Source: Azolla caroliniana
Taxonomy: Eukaryota > Plantae > Polypodiophyta
Reading direction: 5' to 3'
DNA: 64,000 nucleotides
NCBI GenBank assembly: GCA_043228905.1
Contig: JBHGNT010000021.1
Coordinates: forward strand, 5,766,001 to 5,830,000
Shown here: positions 15,132-27,528 of the stretch, piece after piece
Position numbering within the stretch: position 1 is the first letter of the stretch
Layout: each line of letters starts with the position of its first letter
Translations under genes and position numbers: made by a program
The notes under the pieces: model-generated
Database searches by the model: none
What the model was told of the DNA's origin: nothing
The model's input: only the letters and a program-made list of their open reading frames with translations

Positions 15132-16174
15132 GGGCAACAACACAATTCCTGTGGTTCCATATTTGGATTCCAACGGGCAATAATAAAATCTCTCTCTCAA
15201 CCCTAATAAACCATGGGTTACACCCCATCTTACAGATCGTAATCATTCTCCCATAGACCTTCAAAATATATCTATCTATCTATATTAGTAAATTCCTTGA
15301 ACATCAAGAGTCACAACTCAATTCCTCGCATCAATGTAAAAATGTTTCACTTTTGGTACCATTGATCATATTTGACCTCCACAGATGAGAATAAAAACTC
15401 TCATTTACCATCATCATCTCTCTGGAATGTGATGTCTTTTGAAGACATTACTATAACACTTTATTACAATCGAAACTAATCCACAAAAAATATGCATTCA
15501 GATAAGAAAGATTTACCAGTTGCAAATAACACATAGCAGAGTTGGAATAACACATTGAACGAATCTCTTTACTGCTTTCCTCCTCGGGAGCAACCTCCAA
15601 CACAGTCTTATAACATACCAATGCTTCATCATATTTTCCAGCCGCATATAATTGGTTCCCTTCAGATTTAGAGGCATTTGCTTGCGACAACGCCCTCTAA
15701 GAGGAAAAGAAATAGAACAGGAAACAGCTGACAAAAAGCTTAACCTTTGTTAATTTGAACATGCAAATAGTTATGGGTGTGCATATGCGTATGCACATAT
15801 GTGCATCATACATACATGGCCATGTATATGGACACATTGGTTCCAACTTCGATCAGTTATTTCAGTTGATGAGCTCTTACCTGTGTTTGTTCCTCTTCGG
15901 TCATGGCGTCTTCGAAGCTTTCTTGCAGCTTCGAACCCCGAGAAGGCTTGGCACCATCGCCTTCATCGTCTCCATCGCCTTCACTCGCAGTCTCCCAATC
16001 ATCATCCTCTTGTTTTCTATGTCCAACAATATCTGGATCTCCTCTGTCTCCTCCAACTGAAATACCAGGCTCACGGCTCTTGCTTGCATCGGAGCAGTTG
16101 CTTGTCTTCTTAATTCCTTCATCTTCTTCTGGTTTTGGGTGCTCTTCTAGAGCAGCAGGCTCTATGATCACCAT
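4927..16174 (-). CDS. TTC1: Tetratricopeptide repeat protein 1-like (TPR co-chaperone)
   Basis: Five exons join in frame across GT-AG introns: 16174-15881, 15696-15517, 6151-6025, 5788-5675 and 5042-4927. The protein has an acidic N-terminus (MVIIEP...DDDWETASE), three TPRs (KSEGNQLYAAGKYDEAL; STKALELNPAYVKALVRRAQAHEKL) and the conserved C-terminus EEMLGKLKDLGNSVLGRFGMSVDNFKAVKDPNTGSYSISFQK*. Confidence 0.92.
6290..6740 (+). mobile_element. Old 3' fragment of the RTE/RTEX-like LINE family
   Basis: Encodes an ESICLSCHG Cys motif and HLGLFLLE. It also has 'agaccaagacac', matching 'cgaccaagacataac' in the copy at ~14500. Confidence 0.5.
7401..10860 (+). mobile_element. 5'-truncated RTE/RTEX-like LINE: end of the AP endonuclease, RT and Cys/His C-terminal domain, with a (CT)n tail; decayed
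   Basis: Endonuclease end RTSKD...GHHLLEL...IYNG...STVDYLIG...GADH. RT motifs PIHKGGD..NTYRTI, QAGFRRAFSTIDHIFTL, CFVDFRKAFDTVPR, GVKQSCPLSPTLF, LLYADDIVLL and YVYLG. C-terminal EDKYHFTCKCPTY. Several stops and frameshifts. (CT)n tail at 10813-10857, and both ends read ...CTCTCTAGA (7392-7400 and 10852-10860), a likely TSD. Confidence 0.9.
10861..12320 (+). mobile_element. RTE/RTEX-like LINE, subfamily B, truncated and internally deleted copy with a (TCTT)n tail
   Basis: Colinear with 13110-14930. Ends in the family 3' motif ccattttggcctcttaaaagacattaat followed by (tctt)n at ~12301-12320. Confidence 0.8.
12791..13105 (+). mobile_element. Partial MITE related to the 16841 and 53748 family (one terminus visible)
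   Basis: Begins TAGGAATCGGCAA, like the TIR TAGGAGTCGGCAAC at 16841, and is rich in gctcaag/ggctcaag subterminal repeats. The other end is not found; LINE sequence follows. Confidence 0.45.
13110..14930 (+). mobile_element. RTE/RTEX-like LINE, subfamily B, 5'-truncated (end of RT to 3' UTR)
   Basis: Translations GLSINMDKTKVMV, ILGVTF, LFDTLVTPTLLYGVETWG and GQLRTSLHQLQIEEGRYTRIPLEERICQLCNQGVES. Ends in the 3' motif ccattttggcctcttaaaagacattaat plus a tcttt-rich tail. Confidence 0.88.
15003..15198. repeat. (CT)n microsatellite of about 70 bp between two copies of a ~55-bp sequence
   Basis: (CT)n at 15056-15127. The unit caatacaattccagtggttacatatttggactccaatgggcaataataaaatctctc appears before it and again, diverged, at ~15135-15198. 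Confidence 0.85.
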
Positions 16175-16397
16175 GCTTGCTTGTTTCTCTTCTGAATTTT
16201 GATTCCTCTGTAGAAAGGCAGGAACTAATAATATGGTCGCCCTGCTGTGTTCACACCTATCCCGCCCCTCGGACATTCCGATGCCTTCCCCCCGACACGC
16301 GTTTCGACACGATATTAAAGTTATCAGACACCACCAGAATATATCCCCCAGGGCTTTCAAAAACTTCAAGAATATGCTAACATATTCTACATGTGTA

Positions 16398-16437
<40 letters not shown>

Positions 16438-16840
16438 CATATATATGTACATATGTACATATTCTATTATATCCTGACAAATGTCTAAACTATTGGCACC
16501 CTATTTCTTGTGGCTAACCACCTCTATATTATGACGTGATAAACGTTGTAGGCTCATATTCTATGATATCCTGGCATATGTCTAAACTATTGCCACAATA
16601 TTGACACCCTGTTTCTTGAGGCTAACCACCTCTATATTATGACATGATAAGACAGCGTTTTTAGCTATACAGATAAACATGTCCTTGGAAAAGCTTTGTT
16701 GTGACTCATCCCCATGCCAAATAACGTTGGTTTGGTGAAACTGGAGTGATTAGGAGTAGGGTTTAGTGATTCGTCTAATAACTTGGATGAATTACAAGCT
16801 AGGATTGTATGAAGTGTAGTCACAAAAAAAGTGTGTGTAG

Positions 16841-17112
16841 TAGGAGTCGGCAACGGCCTGGCTCAAGCTTGAACCGAGCCATTCAATTGTTTTTAAATGA
16901 TTTGGCAGTTTAGTGGTTTGGTTCAGTTCGTTTTAAGCTTGAACTTCCTTAACTGGTTTGGGATGGTTCAAGCCAAACTGAACCGTTTTGGGGTAAACCA
17001 GTTAAGGCCAATTGGTTTGACTAAATTGGCTCCTACACCGGTTAAGCCTTAACCTATATTAGGAGTTGCTTTGGTTCAAGTTTGAAAACTCCCAAACCGT
17101 TGTTGACTCCTA
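16841..17112. mobile_element. MITE (non-autonomous DNA transposon), about 270 bp
   Basis: Terminal inverted repeats TAGGAGTCGGCAACGG ... CCGTTGTTGACTCCTA (14 of 16 match), with internal aaccg/ggtt repeats. A related copy lies at 53748-54022. No clean TSD. Confidence 0.75.
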
Positions 17113-17614
17113 ACACTGTGTACACCAACATAGCAAACAAAAGAGTGGGGAGTAGATGATTTGATTTTGAGGTGTATTATTGAATGTGGCATTGGGTTTC
17201 TTTTGTCACGAACAAAGTATCAAAAGTATGTTCGACCTTCCTTGTTCCTCGTTAACTTGAATTCTCGTCACTAACGAGACTTTGGAATGGAATGGATATA
17301 GTGCCTCAATAAATATTTGCATTCTTGATTCCCTTTTCTATAAATATTACAACAAAGCATGGGTTAGGGTTAGGTTTGGACATTTGGCATTTGTGATTCC
17401 CCCTTCTTTATAAACAATACAAGAAAGCATGGCCTAGGGTTATGTTTGGAAAAACTTTGCCATGTGCAATAAGAAATCATCGAGCGAAACTTAACATAAA
17501 AAAGCATACAAGACTGACATTATGTACATGGACATATCGAGGAATCAATGGTTTGTATGTTTGCAAACCCACAAGAACAAAAAAAATACTTTACCGAAAA
17601 GATTGATATATTTG

Positions 17615-17833
17615 TACACATATGTGTGTATGTACATCACATACATACATACATACATACATGCATATATGTACACATATACATACATACATACACACAT
17701 ATATACATGCATATATGTACACATATACACACATACATACATACATACATATATGTACACATATACATACATACATATATGTACATATATACATACATAC
17801 ATATACATATACATACATACATACATACATACA

Positions 17834-17866
<33 letters not shown>

Positions 17867-17894
17867 GTATATATATTCTACCCATGAGAACAAG

Positions 17895-17930
<36 letters not shown>

Positions 17931-18059
17931 CATACATATATGTATGTATATATATTCTACCCATGAGAACAAGAACATATGTATATATATATACATGCAT
18001 ATATGTACACATATACATACATACATATATGTACATATATACATACATACATATACATA

Positions 18060-18092
<33 letters not shown>

Positions 18093-18262
18093 GTATATAT
18101 ATTCTACCCATGAGAACAAGAACATATATATATATATACATACATACATACATATATGTATATATATCCTACCCATGAGAACAAGAACATATGTATATAT
18201 ATATACATACATACATACATATATGTATTATGTATATATATTCTACCCACGAGAACAAGACA
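17615..18262. repeat. (TACA/TA)n satellite containing five copies of a ~28-bp unit
   Basis: The unit tatattctacccatgagaacaagaacata recurs at ~17872, 17951, 18099, 18163 and 18238, separated by variable TA/TACA runs. It explains the many low-complexity Y/I/H/T ORFs here. Confidence 0.9.
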
Positions 18263-18531
18263 TTTTGCCACACCTTTTGCTTTTCTTTTTCTTTTTCTTC
18301 CAAAAAACACACATTTTGCTTTTGCTTTCTTCAAATAAACCCAACAAAAAGCAAGCTTTGATATTCAGAGATTTATTCAGGCTACCGGATAATCCTCCCT
18401 GCAGAAGAAAGAAAGAAAGAAAGAAGGATTTTACAAGAGAAGGGTTCAGATCTAATCTACCGCGAGAGAGGAGCAGTATCAGAAGCAGCAGACAAGCAGA
18501 AGACTGTTAGAACCAGAGAGAGAGAGAGAGA

Positions 18532-21500
18532 ATGGGTGACCATTTCGTGTATAAAGACGTGGAGGGCACCACCACAGAATGGGATGACATACAAAGGAAG
18601 CTTGGCAACTTCCCTGCCAAGGAAAAGCCCTTCAAACCTCCTGCTTGGACCCCTCCCTCCGCCGAAAATGCTCACAAAGACGAAGATTGGATCGATGAGA
18701 AAACCGAAGAAGAATTACTCGACCTCGAGGATGATGCCACTCTCGATGATGATCGATTCCTCGAAGAATACAGGTTGGATCTCTCTCTCTCTCTCTCTCT
18801 CTCCAAAGATAGAGATCTCGAGGATTAATTAGATAGAGGAGAGAAATTAGTGAAGAATAGAACGAGAGAAAGAAAAAGTTGCACTAATGTCTTCGAAGAG
18901 AAACCATAGTGTTTTTCAAGACACAAAATTGTTGCAATCATGATATTATATGATATCTCATCAACACTATGAGAGCTGAAACCTAAACAACAAGATAATC
19001 TTGAGGTTATTACAGGGAAGAAGCAAATTTTGAAGAAAACACTTATTAATGGGTTTGAGAAAATGGAAGAGAGATGGAGAAATTCAATCAATCATAGAAA
19101 CCATCACATGGCAGAGAACAGACAAATTCACAAATCATTACCAATGGATATTCAAATGGTGACTGGAGAGGGTACATTGTCCTGGTGTTTAGACAAAACT
19201 AATTTAGCAAATGTTTATTAACCTTTATTTGATGTTGTGGAATTCATTTATTAGGAGATATACTTCAGTAGTTCGAACATTGTATTATATAAAGCCTCTT
19301 AACTTCATCAAAATTCAAACTTTGCAAGTAGAAATTACATTAAATGCTGGAATTCATTTATTAGGAGATATACTTCAGTAGTTCGAACATTGTATTATAT
19401 AAAGCCTCTTAACTTCATCAAAATTCAAACTTTGCAAGTAGAAATTACATTAAATGCTGGAATTCATTTATTAGGAGATATACTTCAGTAGTTCGAACAT
19501 TGTATTATATAAAGCCTCTTAACTTCATCAAAATTCAAACTTTGCAAGTAGAAATTACATTAAATGCTGGTTTGGTTGGTGTACTGCTTTCATTTGGATG
19601 TATAGATGTGTAGAACTTGGTGTTCATGCAGAAAAGCAAGTGCAGAACATGGGGTTCAGTCGTGATTCTCTATTTCTTTATGGATATTTTACCATGATAA
19701 TTGCAGATAAAATCTCATACATGACTGCATCACGATTCAGAATCTAGCCATGATTTCAAATTAAGCATAAAGACAAATACAGAGCATCAATTGATGAATT
19801 ATATGTCAAATTACGTATCATATAAATGCTAAGAGTGATTCATAAAAGAAGTCAATGTTACAAAGGTGGTGGTGAGTCATGATGACTACTACTAGGAACC
19901 ATGCTGATGGTTGCATAGCTGAATAAAAAGATACAAATCATGATCCCATTAAATCCCAGTAGAATAAAAAATATACAATCATAATGCATTCTAAGCATCT
20001 GTCTCGTTGAGCTCTGTAGATGACTGGCAAAGAAGAAAGAAAAACATCGTTGATTAGCCACCTCTCAAAAAAAAGAGAAGATTAAGCATCAATCATGCAG
20101 AATTTTCGGATGCAAGTTCACATTTGCAAAAAGAAGAAACAGATAGACATTAATGTGGTTGAATTTGCAATATGTGTCATGTGGATGATGTAAGACCAAG
20201 AATGGCAACTTCGTTGGCCAATCAAAACGGGCTAGTCATATACCTGTAGGATTTTGTAAACACATGGGACACCATTATTTGCGTTTTGAACCTCATCATA
20301 GATGTAGAGAAAAAATTGAACTGCAAGTGGTTTTCACAATTGCGACAAGCTGTTGCCCAAAAGTTGGAGTTTGAATTTGATGCTTTCATTAACAGAAAAC
20401 CTAGTATGGATTCTAAAACTTTATGAATGATTCAAAGTTTTGAACAAAATTGTGCTCTGGCCTAGAGAAATATGATTCTATTGTGATTTCTTATGACTTC
20501 AAATTATTATGGATTGAAATTTGGCCCCACTAATCACAAATACATAAATACCTCAAACAGGGCCTCATGACCCAATGGTTCTCTTTACTGTACAATTCTC
20601 ATGGATCTACACCACACCTCAATATCAAGCCTCTGATGTTTGCTCAAATCTTAATGGATAACACATGAATTTGAAATTTGTTGGATCTTAACTTAATAAT
20701 GATGGACAGAAAAAAATTAGTTTGCCATTGTCTAATTGTCAGGAAAAAACGACTAGCAGAGCTGAAAAACCTTAACAGCAAACCACGTTTCGGATCGGTG
20801 CTTCACATTGTGGGTGCAGATTTCATACGTGAAGTATCCAATGCTTCACCAGATGTTTGGGTGGTTGTACATCTATTCAAAAATGGGTATATGCTTGCTC
20901 CCTTCAAACTTCTTGGTTTATATATATTGTTTCTATGGTTGATTGTTTATGTGAATTGAGTTTGGAATCATTCCAGGATTCCAGATTGTGAGTTGTTGGG
21001 TTTATGCTTTGAAGAACTAGCAAGAAAGTACACAGGAACCAAATTCGTAAAGATTATCTCCACAGAGTGTATTCCCAATTATCCTGATCGGAACGTGCCT
21101 ACAGTTCTAATCTACAATCAGACGAATGTTAAGGCAACATTAGTAGGTCTGCATAATTTTGGAGGTCGTCGATGCACACCTGAAGGTATTTAACATGATT
21201 TCACCTATTAAGTTCATGTTTTACATGGTTAATCTTTGAAATACAACTGCCAGGATTTATGATACGTCTATTATGCATATTAGACTGATTATATTTTGCA
21301 TTCAAACTTTAGAAATTCATGGAAAATGCTTTATTTGACTGTTGCTGAGTTTGAGTGTACAGGTCTTCCTAATCATTTTTATGTTCGATCTTCCAAATAA
21401 AAATGACAGAATTTTTACTTTCTTGAGTATCAGACTGGTTATATGTCATTCAAACTTTTCAGCAAAGTCATGGGAAATGCTTTCTTTTAGCCATAAGGGT

Positions 21501-21987
21501 TATTGGGTATGAGCTCTGTAGGTTTGTTGCAGCTGTTCTTGAACATTTTTTGATGCATCCTTTGGATGTCTGTGATGCCGCATTAATTTCTGAAATTATC
21601 TTCGACATAAAGTTGATCTTGTGATAAGATAAACTCAAAACTTCAACTGGCATTAAACCTATTCAGTATCTGGCAATCTTACATCAGCTTTGCCTAATAT
21701 TTAAAGTGTTGCTATATATGTACAGAACCTTAATATTTGTAGTCTAACAGAGGTTTGCTGGTTATGCAAGCTGCCCTTTTTTAAACTTATGATCCATCAC
21801 CTTTTTCTGTGTTAATACAGACGTTGCTTTCACCTTATGTCAATACGGTCCAGTGCTTGTGGGTAGTGGTGAAGATGCAGAGACAAGCAAAGAAGATGTT
21901 GCTGATAGAGTCAGAAAAGCATTTCTTGAGAAAATCGTCTTGACTCGCGAACAAGAAGATCATGATGAATCAGATGATGAAGATTGA
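18532..21987 (+). CDS. PDCL3: Phosducin-like protein 3 (PhLP2/VIAF-type CCT co-chaperone)
   Basis: Exons 18532-18773, 20743-20886, 20977-21185 and 21821-21987 splice in frame: MGDHFVYKDVEGTTTEWDDIQRKLGN...DDRFLEEYRKKRLAEL...FGSV...DFIREV...WVVVHLFK...KFVKIISTECIPNYPDRNVPTVLIY...acidic tail DHDESDDED*. Confidence 0.93.
19241..19570. repeat. Tandem repeat, 3 x 110 bp, in intron 1 of the phosducin-like gene
   Basis: The unit aattcatttattaggagatatac...cattaaatgctgg starts at 19241, 19351 and 19461. The copies look identical by eye. Confidence 0.95.
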
Positions 21988-24900
21988 ATCTCCAGATTGT
22001 TTAAGCATGCAGTATTTTTTTCATACTGGAGAGATAGAGTTTTTTACGAGTTCATTACATAATATGTAAATGTGGCTGAGCAAGGTTATTCACTTGTTTT
22101 CTAGAGTGGTTTTTACTATGGACAAGCACACAAATGAGGAGTTGTTTGCTTTTTGCAACTGATTTTTGTACCATATAACTATTCTCTCAGGAGGGAAGAG
22201 TGTTACTTCTGAACACAGTGAATGTTTTCAAAGAAAAGGTGCGCCCAAAATAAAATTTGTAGGGTTGCTGGTGAGGTTCAAATCACAAGGTTTTGATTGA
22301 TCTCATTGAACACCTTCTGGTGATTGGTGAAGTAAGGAAGATTGAGAATTTTTGAAAGGAACTTGCCGTCTTATTATGCACTAAACTTTATTAGAATGGT
22401 GGAATCCTATGAAGGTGAGCATGCATGGGTTTAGGGTTTCCAGTAGTAGACAACCAAGTAAATTTCTATGCTGAATTAGGTTTTAAGGGAGATCTCCATT
22501 ACCATTGGCATTCATCTGCATCTTGCTCATAACAAATGATATCATAGACATTACTTGGGGCGCATAAGAATCATTTGCATGCCATCCTTGAAGAATATTC
22601 ACGTCTATTACATTTCAATGTGTTCATGACTGCATTGTCATAGTGTCGGTAAAGATTTTATTAAGCATTCCATTGAGAGTATATTGAGATTATTCAATCT
22701 GTAATTGAATGGATTATGAATGCATATTGTCCCCGTGGAACACAACAACTTCAAAATGTGGTGATATTATTTTGATTCATTATATACCTTTCAACATAGT
22801 TATTTATATTTGTATGTCATCAAAAGTTGGTCCCTTCTATGGACAATACCAACAATGGTTGCAAGGCTTGGTGATACAACAATATTCTTGAAAATACAAT
22901 TGTGGTGGGAAACCATGTTCTCAAGCCGTGATCTGAAATTTGATAATTTGTTTTGTCTATGCATTTCCATGGTTTTTGAAATGTGATCTGCATAGACTTC
23001 GAAAAAATGTTGCATATGCTTGATACTGTGTATAAACCTACTTCTCCCAAGTGTTTTAGAAAACCTGAACATAAAACCTCATAAGCTCATTCCCACGCAT
23101 ATAATTACTATCGTTGATCAACTAACACTCTATTTGTTTTCATGGACGCATTTGTATCATGAATGGTTTGAACCAAATCTCATAAGAAAAGTAAAAAACT
23201 AAGAGAAATTGACAAGAGTTCATAAGTGCATGATGCTCAATGTGTTTAAACACATACATTGGTTTATTTAACATTGATATCTAAGGAAATCCATATTAGA
23301 AACAATGCTACATGATTAAGAAAAAGAATGAAAAATAAAGACATCACATCATATTCAACAACCCTATGAGATTATGCACAATCTCTATCCAAATTACTGA
23401 AATTACCCGTTTTTTGATAAGGTGGAGTGGTTTTACTCAACACCAAAGTATTTATTTAAGTTGATAGTTAGAATTTAGAAAAATATAGGGGATCTGTGGT
23501 ATATCTTGTATGTTTCGTCTTATGGAGTTTTCTAATACTAATGTAGTATCTTTTTTTGGAAAAAAAAGACATCACATCATAGAGTACAATGTGACAATGT
23601 CGCCTTTATACATCGTTTAAGAAACTTTAGACGCCTTCATAGACTATTGCTTGTGGCTTTATTAGGTTGCCTTCTTGAACTTGTAAACATAAAATATGCA
23701 AGTATAATGACAAAATAAGTCTTGAGCAATGGGTTTACTAGTTTTCATGATAAAGTCTATTCATGTTTGCTAGTTTAGTTTAAGAAAATGTTTACTAGTG
23801 GTGTACCCCTAAAATTGGTTTTACAAAATTGACATTGATAATGTTGAGGAAATAATACCATTGCCCTTTTACAAAAAGCAAATGCATCGTAAGATTATAA
23901 AAAACAACCCACATATATCATAATATTATGAAAAGAAAAGAAAAACATAAAGGTAGAACATTTAAAATTATGGCAACGACCTTTAATAACAATAAAACAT
24001 GTGTTATTGTTCCCCTTTCACTAGGTTTTTGCTTAGGGAGTCAAAACTATGACCTTTGCATTGTATAAAGTCATGTTTGGCTACCTTTGGTATTAGGGTT
24101 TGTGGTACAATTGGAGTATGTGAGATTGGTTCTCGTTTCATGTTGTCCATGGAGTACCACAAGAAGTATGTAGATTGCTAGGAAACTTAAGTTGCCAGTT
24201 CTCGTAGTTGAGCTCTTCAAGCTACATTTATGCCTTTTGTAGTCTTATACAACACCTTAGAGGGGTTTACCTTATAATAAAAATCCTCATTATTATAGTA
24301 CGGTTAGGAAGGTTTTTTGGGTATCGTTGTGTTAATTTAATATCTATACTAATTTAAGTAAAAATAACAATCGCGTTCGGTTGTAAAGGGGATTTCACAA
24401 ATGTTTGTGAATACACTATTTTGAATTCTAATTGACGAGAAAGTACCTACCATCCTTAGCTTTAGCCACTCATTCTTGACATTGCAAAAACATCTCAAAT
24501 AAAGGAAAAATGAAAAGCAAACAACATCGCTTCCCTCCTACATTTTACTATCACTTTCTTTGCTAAATGGAAATTTTCAAGATATTGCAATTGTGTTCCA
24601 TTGTACTACCTCTTATAGACGTTGTAAACATACGACACTTCTTATCACTTTCTTCGCTTCGCAAAAAGCTTCCAAGTTATGACACACTCTTGCTACTGTA
24701 AAATGCAGCGCCTCAGTGAAAGGTGGCGGTAACAAGACATTGGCACTCTTATAGGGTTAAGAAGACACTCATGTAGGGTTAAGAAGATGAAAAACGAGAC
24801 ATTACAAGCTACAAGTCGTGATCATATTATTTAAACAGGAGGCCGCAACGTGTTTAGGGCGGGAGGTGGTGGTAAGAGATTGGTTGGTCATATATAATAT

Positions 24901-25507
24901 AGGATTAAGAACGCGAAAAGCAAGACATCGCGTGTAAGGCAGGGCAAGTCATGGTCATATTGCAAAGAGAGAAACGAGAGAGACGTTACATGTGCAAAAG
25001 CCGAGAGTGCTTTCGGGAAGAAAATACATACATATGTACATATATATATATATATATTAATATGGTTAAGAGAGGAAGGGGGGAGAGTTGGGATTGAAAT
25101 TTGAACACATGAGGGAGAGAGTAAAAGAACAAAAAAATAAAACAGAGTGTGTGTAATGAGATATGTATGTACACATACATATAATGTATACATATGAAAA
25201 AGAGAAGTCAATATAACATACATACATACATACATATATATGTATACATATATACATATACATACATATGTATATGTATACATATATATGTATTATGTAT
25301 ATATATATATATATGTATATATGTATAAGAATAGACAGGGGAGATGCAATAATAGCATAAAGATATAGACAGGTTGGAGGTCTGCATGATGATGAAGAGG
25401 AAGGATATTAAGGAAAAGAAGAGGAGAGGAGAGGTGTGTAAAGAACAGAACTGAAGGTAATGCTTCATTTGGGGTTCTGGGAAAGAAATGGAATGGAATG
25501 GAAGAAA

Positions 25508-27528
25508 ATGAAGCATAGCAGAACCTCATTCCTCTCCTCTGCAAGGTAAGTTTCTTCTTCTTTTTTCCAGACTCTAAAAGAAAAAAAGAAAAAAACTGAG
25601 AACAGCATTTGAGGTTTTCTCTGTGATATGTGGTTTTTCATTAGTGGTTAGGGTGTGGCAGAAAGAAGAGATGGTCTTGAGCTTTTGGATTTATTTATTT
25701 TCTTTTGGGTTTAACATCGAAGGATTAATCTTTAAATTAAACTTTCAGGCGTTCGTGGTCATCCCTGTGATACTTACTGTTTATTCTATTTGTACGATTT
25801 ACAGACATTTTTCTCTTATATTTCTGACACTGTTGACCATACTTTGAGTGATCAAATTTGATGGAAAAAGGAAACTTGTGTTCTCCCTGAGAGTGGAAAC
25901 ATTGGTATAAGTGCATGGTCTTTGGATTGATCAAATTTGGTTCAAAAGTCCACTCTCTCAGAATGAAAACACGCCATAAATGCACCCTTGGCCTTGCTTA
26001 GAATGATCAGATTTGATGGAAAAAAATCCATGATTTTCTTGAAGAGCGGAAACATGGTGTAGATGCACAATTTAAATCTTTAATTCTGGTGAAAATTTCT
26101 CTCTCAGAATAAAAAACACGATATAGATGCATACTTTGAATGTGTAGATATTGTGGGAAAATTTGTGATTACATCTGCACTCATGCTTGTGAGTGATCAA
26201 AATCATGTGGAAATTCATTCTTTGGGAATGAAGACATAGCATTGATTATATGCTTTTGAATGAGTAAATGTATCAGAAATGAGAGTGCAAACATGCTGTG
26301 TCATACTGTACCAGATGCTGAACCCAATGGAAACACAAAGACGAGCAAAATGTTGAGAGCAATGGAAAGCATAAATGATGAGTTCAAAGAAAAGTGCATT
26401 CATCCTAGCTATGAATCATATCCATTAAATCATACAAGACATTATTCCAAGAAAACAAGCTTTCGAACATCAACGAACACTCAAGTAGATAGATCAGAGG
26501 AGACAAAGACAGAACATCTTATCCAGCCAGAGGAATCACAGGATGTATATGGCAAGACGATGAAATTAGTGCTGGCAAATCCAAGTCTAAGATGTAGAAA
26601 CTCAAGCAGTTCAGATGAAACTAACAAGATCAATCAAGACCTTGAGAATTTTGATTTGAATATGGGAAATGAATTTGGTCGTCTTCTTTATGCAATCGAT
26701 GTTGTAACAAAGCAAGTTGAGATAGCCTTTGAAGGATTGCATGAAATGGTTGATAGTATCCAGAAGAATCTCGTAGAAAACAATGATTCTGATAAGATAG
26801 GGTTAAGAAGTCGTTTCAGTCATCATCAAAACCAAAGTTGTGTGATGTTATCACCATCTACTGGAAGTTTGTGTTCTCTTAAAAGATCCACTGAGATGGC
26901 TAGAGAAGGAATTAGGATGTTAACAAGTTTATTGTTCCTAGAGAAAGACTCAGAAGTTATGGACTTTCAAAATAGGGAAGATAGGGTTTGGATAATGAAA
27001 CCATATCTGGGTAGTCCTGTTTTTGAGAGATTTTCGCATACAAAACATGGCTTGGAACATTGCATTTCCATGATATTATTCAAGGCTTCAAATATTCCTG
27101 CTTGGACACAAAGAGTAATAGTTAGCAGCTCAGATTCAAAAATGTCAAGAAAGGAGAATGAAGAATTCCAGTTTGAAAGGTTTTGCAAGAAGGGGAGGAA
27201 AGCATTAGAAATATTTGCAGGATGGGAGGAGGAGAAATGGTCCGAACCTCTCAAGATCCAATTCATTAGTACTTCTAAACATGTTTGGGAGCTACAAAGC
27301 GTAATTGCTACCACTATGCGCATTCATCAAGTTGAAATCCTTCATCCTGATCCAGATTCGGAGTTTGATGAACTAACAATGGATGCAATGAACTATGTTT
27401 CAAATGGGTTTTTCCTACCCTTGGTCCAATTCACTGTTTTCCATGGCTTTAAAGTTGATGGATCTATCCTCATCAAACCCCAAGTTTATCTCCATGTACA
27501 AAAAGAAAATAATTCTTTTGTTCCTTAG
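25508..27528 (+). CDS. Divergent GIL1/IRK-interacting (DUF641-related) family protein
   Basis: The 422-aa ORF 26260-27528 ends in FISTSKHVWELQ...EFDELTMD...VQFTVFHGFKVDGSILIKPQVYL, resembling the GIL1/IRKI C-terminal pattern (F...AK.VW.LH...F...YME...V.F.V.PGF.V...VIK..VYL). A short upstream exon 25508-25545 (MKHSRTSFLSSA, donor AG|GTAAGT) splices in frame to 26277; that start is inferred. Confidence 0.7.

Noticed and set aside
14961-15264. ORFs with (ER)n runs
   Set aside because: They are translations of the (CT)n microsatellite.
17860-18262. Repeat-spacer pattern that superficially resembles a CRISPR array
   Set aside because: The spacers are TA/TACA microsatellite of irregular length, there are no cas genes, and the context is eukaryotic.
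17522-18510. Many overlapping ORFs of up to 320 aa
   Set aside because: They are translations of the (TACA)n satellite. The same applies to 24888-25544 and 33738-34389.
22400-24800. AT-rich intergenic stretch with short ORFs
   Set aside because: I found no recognisable protein motifs, termini or splice-consistent gene model. It may be old repeat debris, but I cannot support a call.
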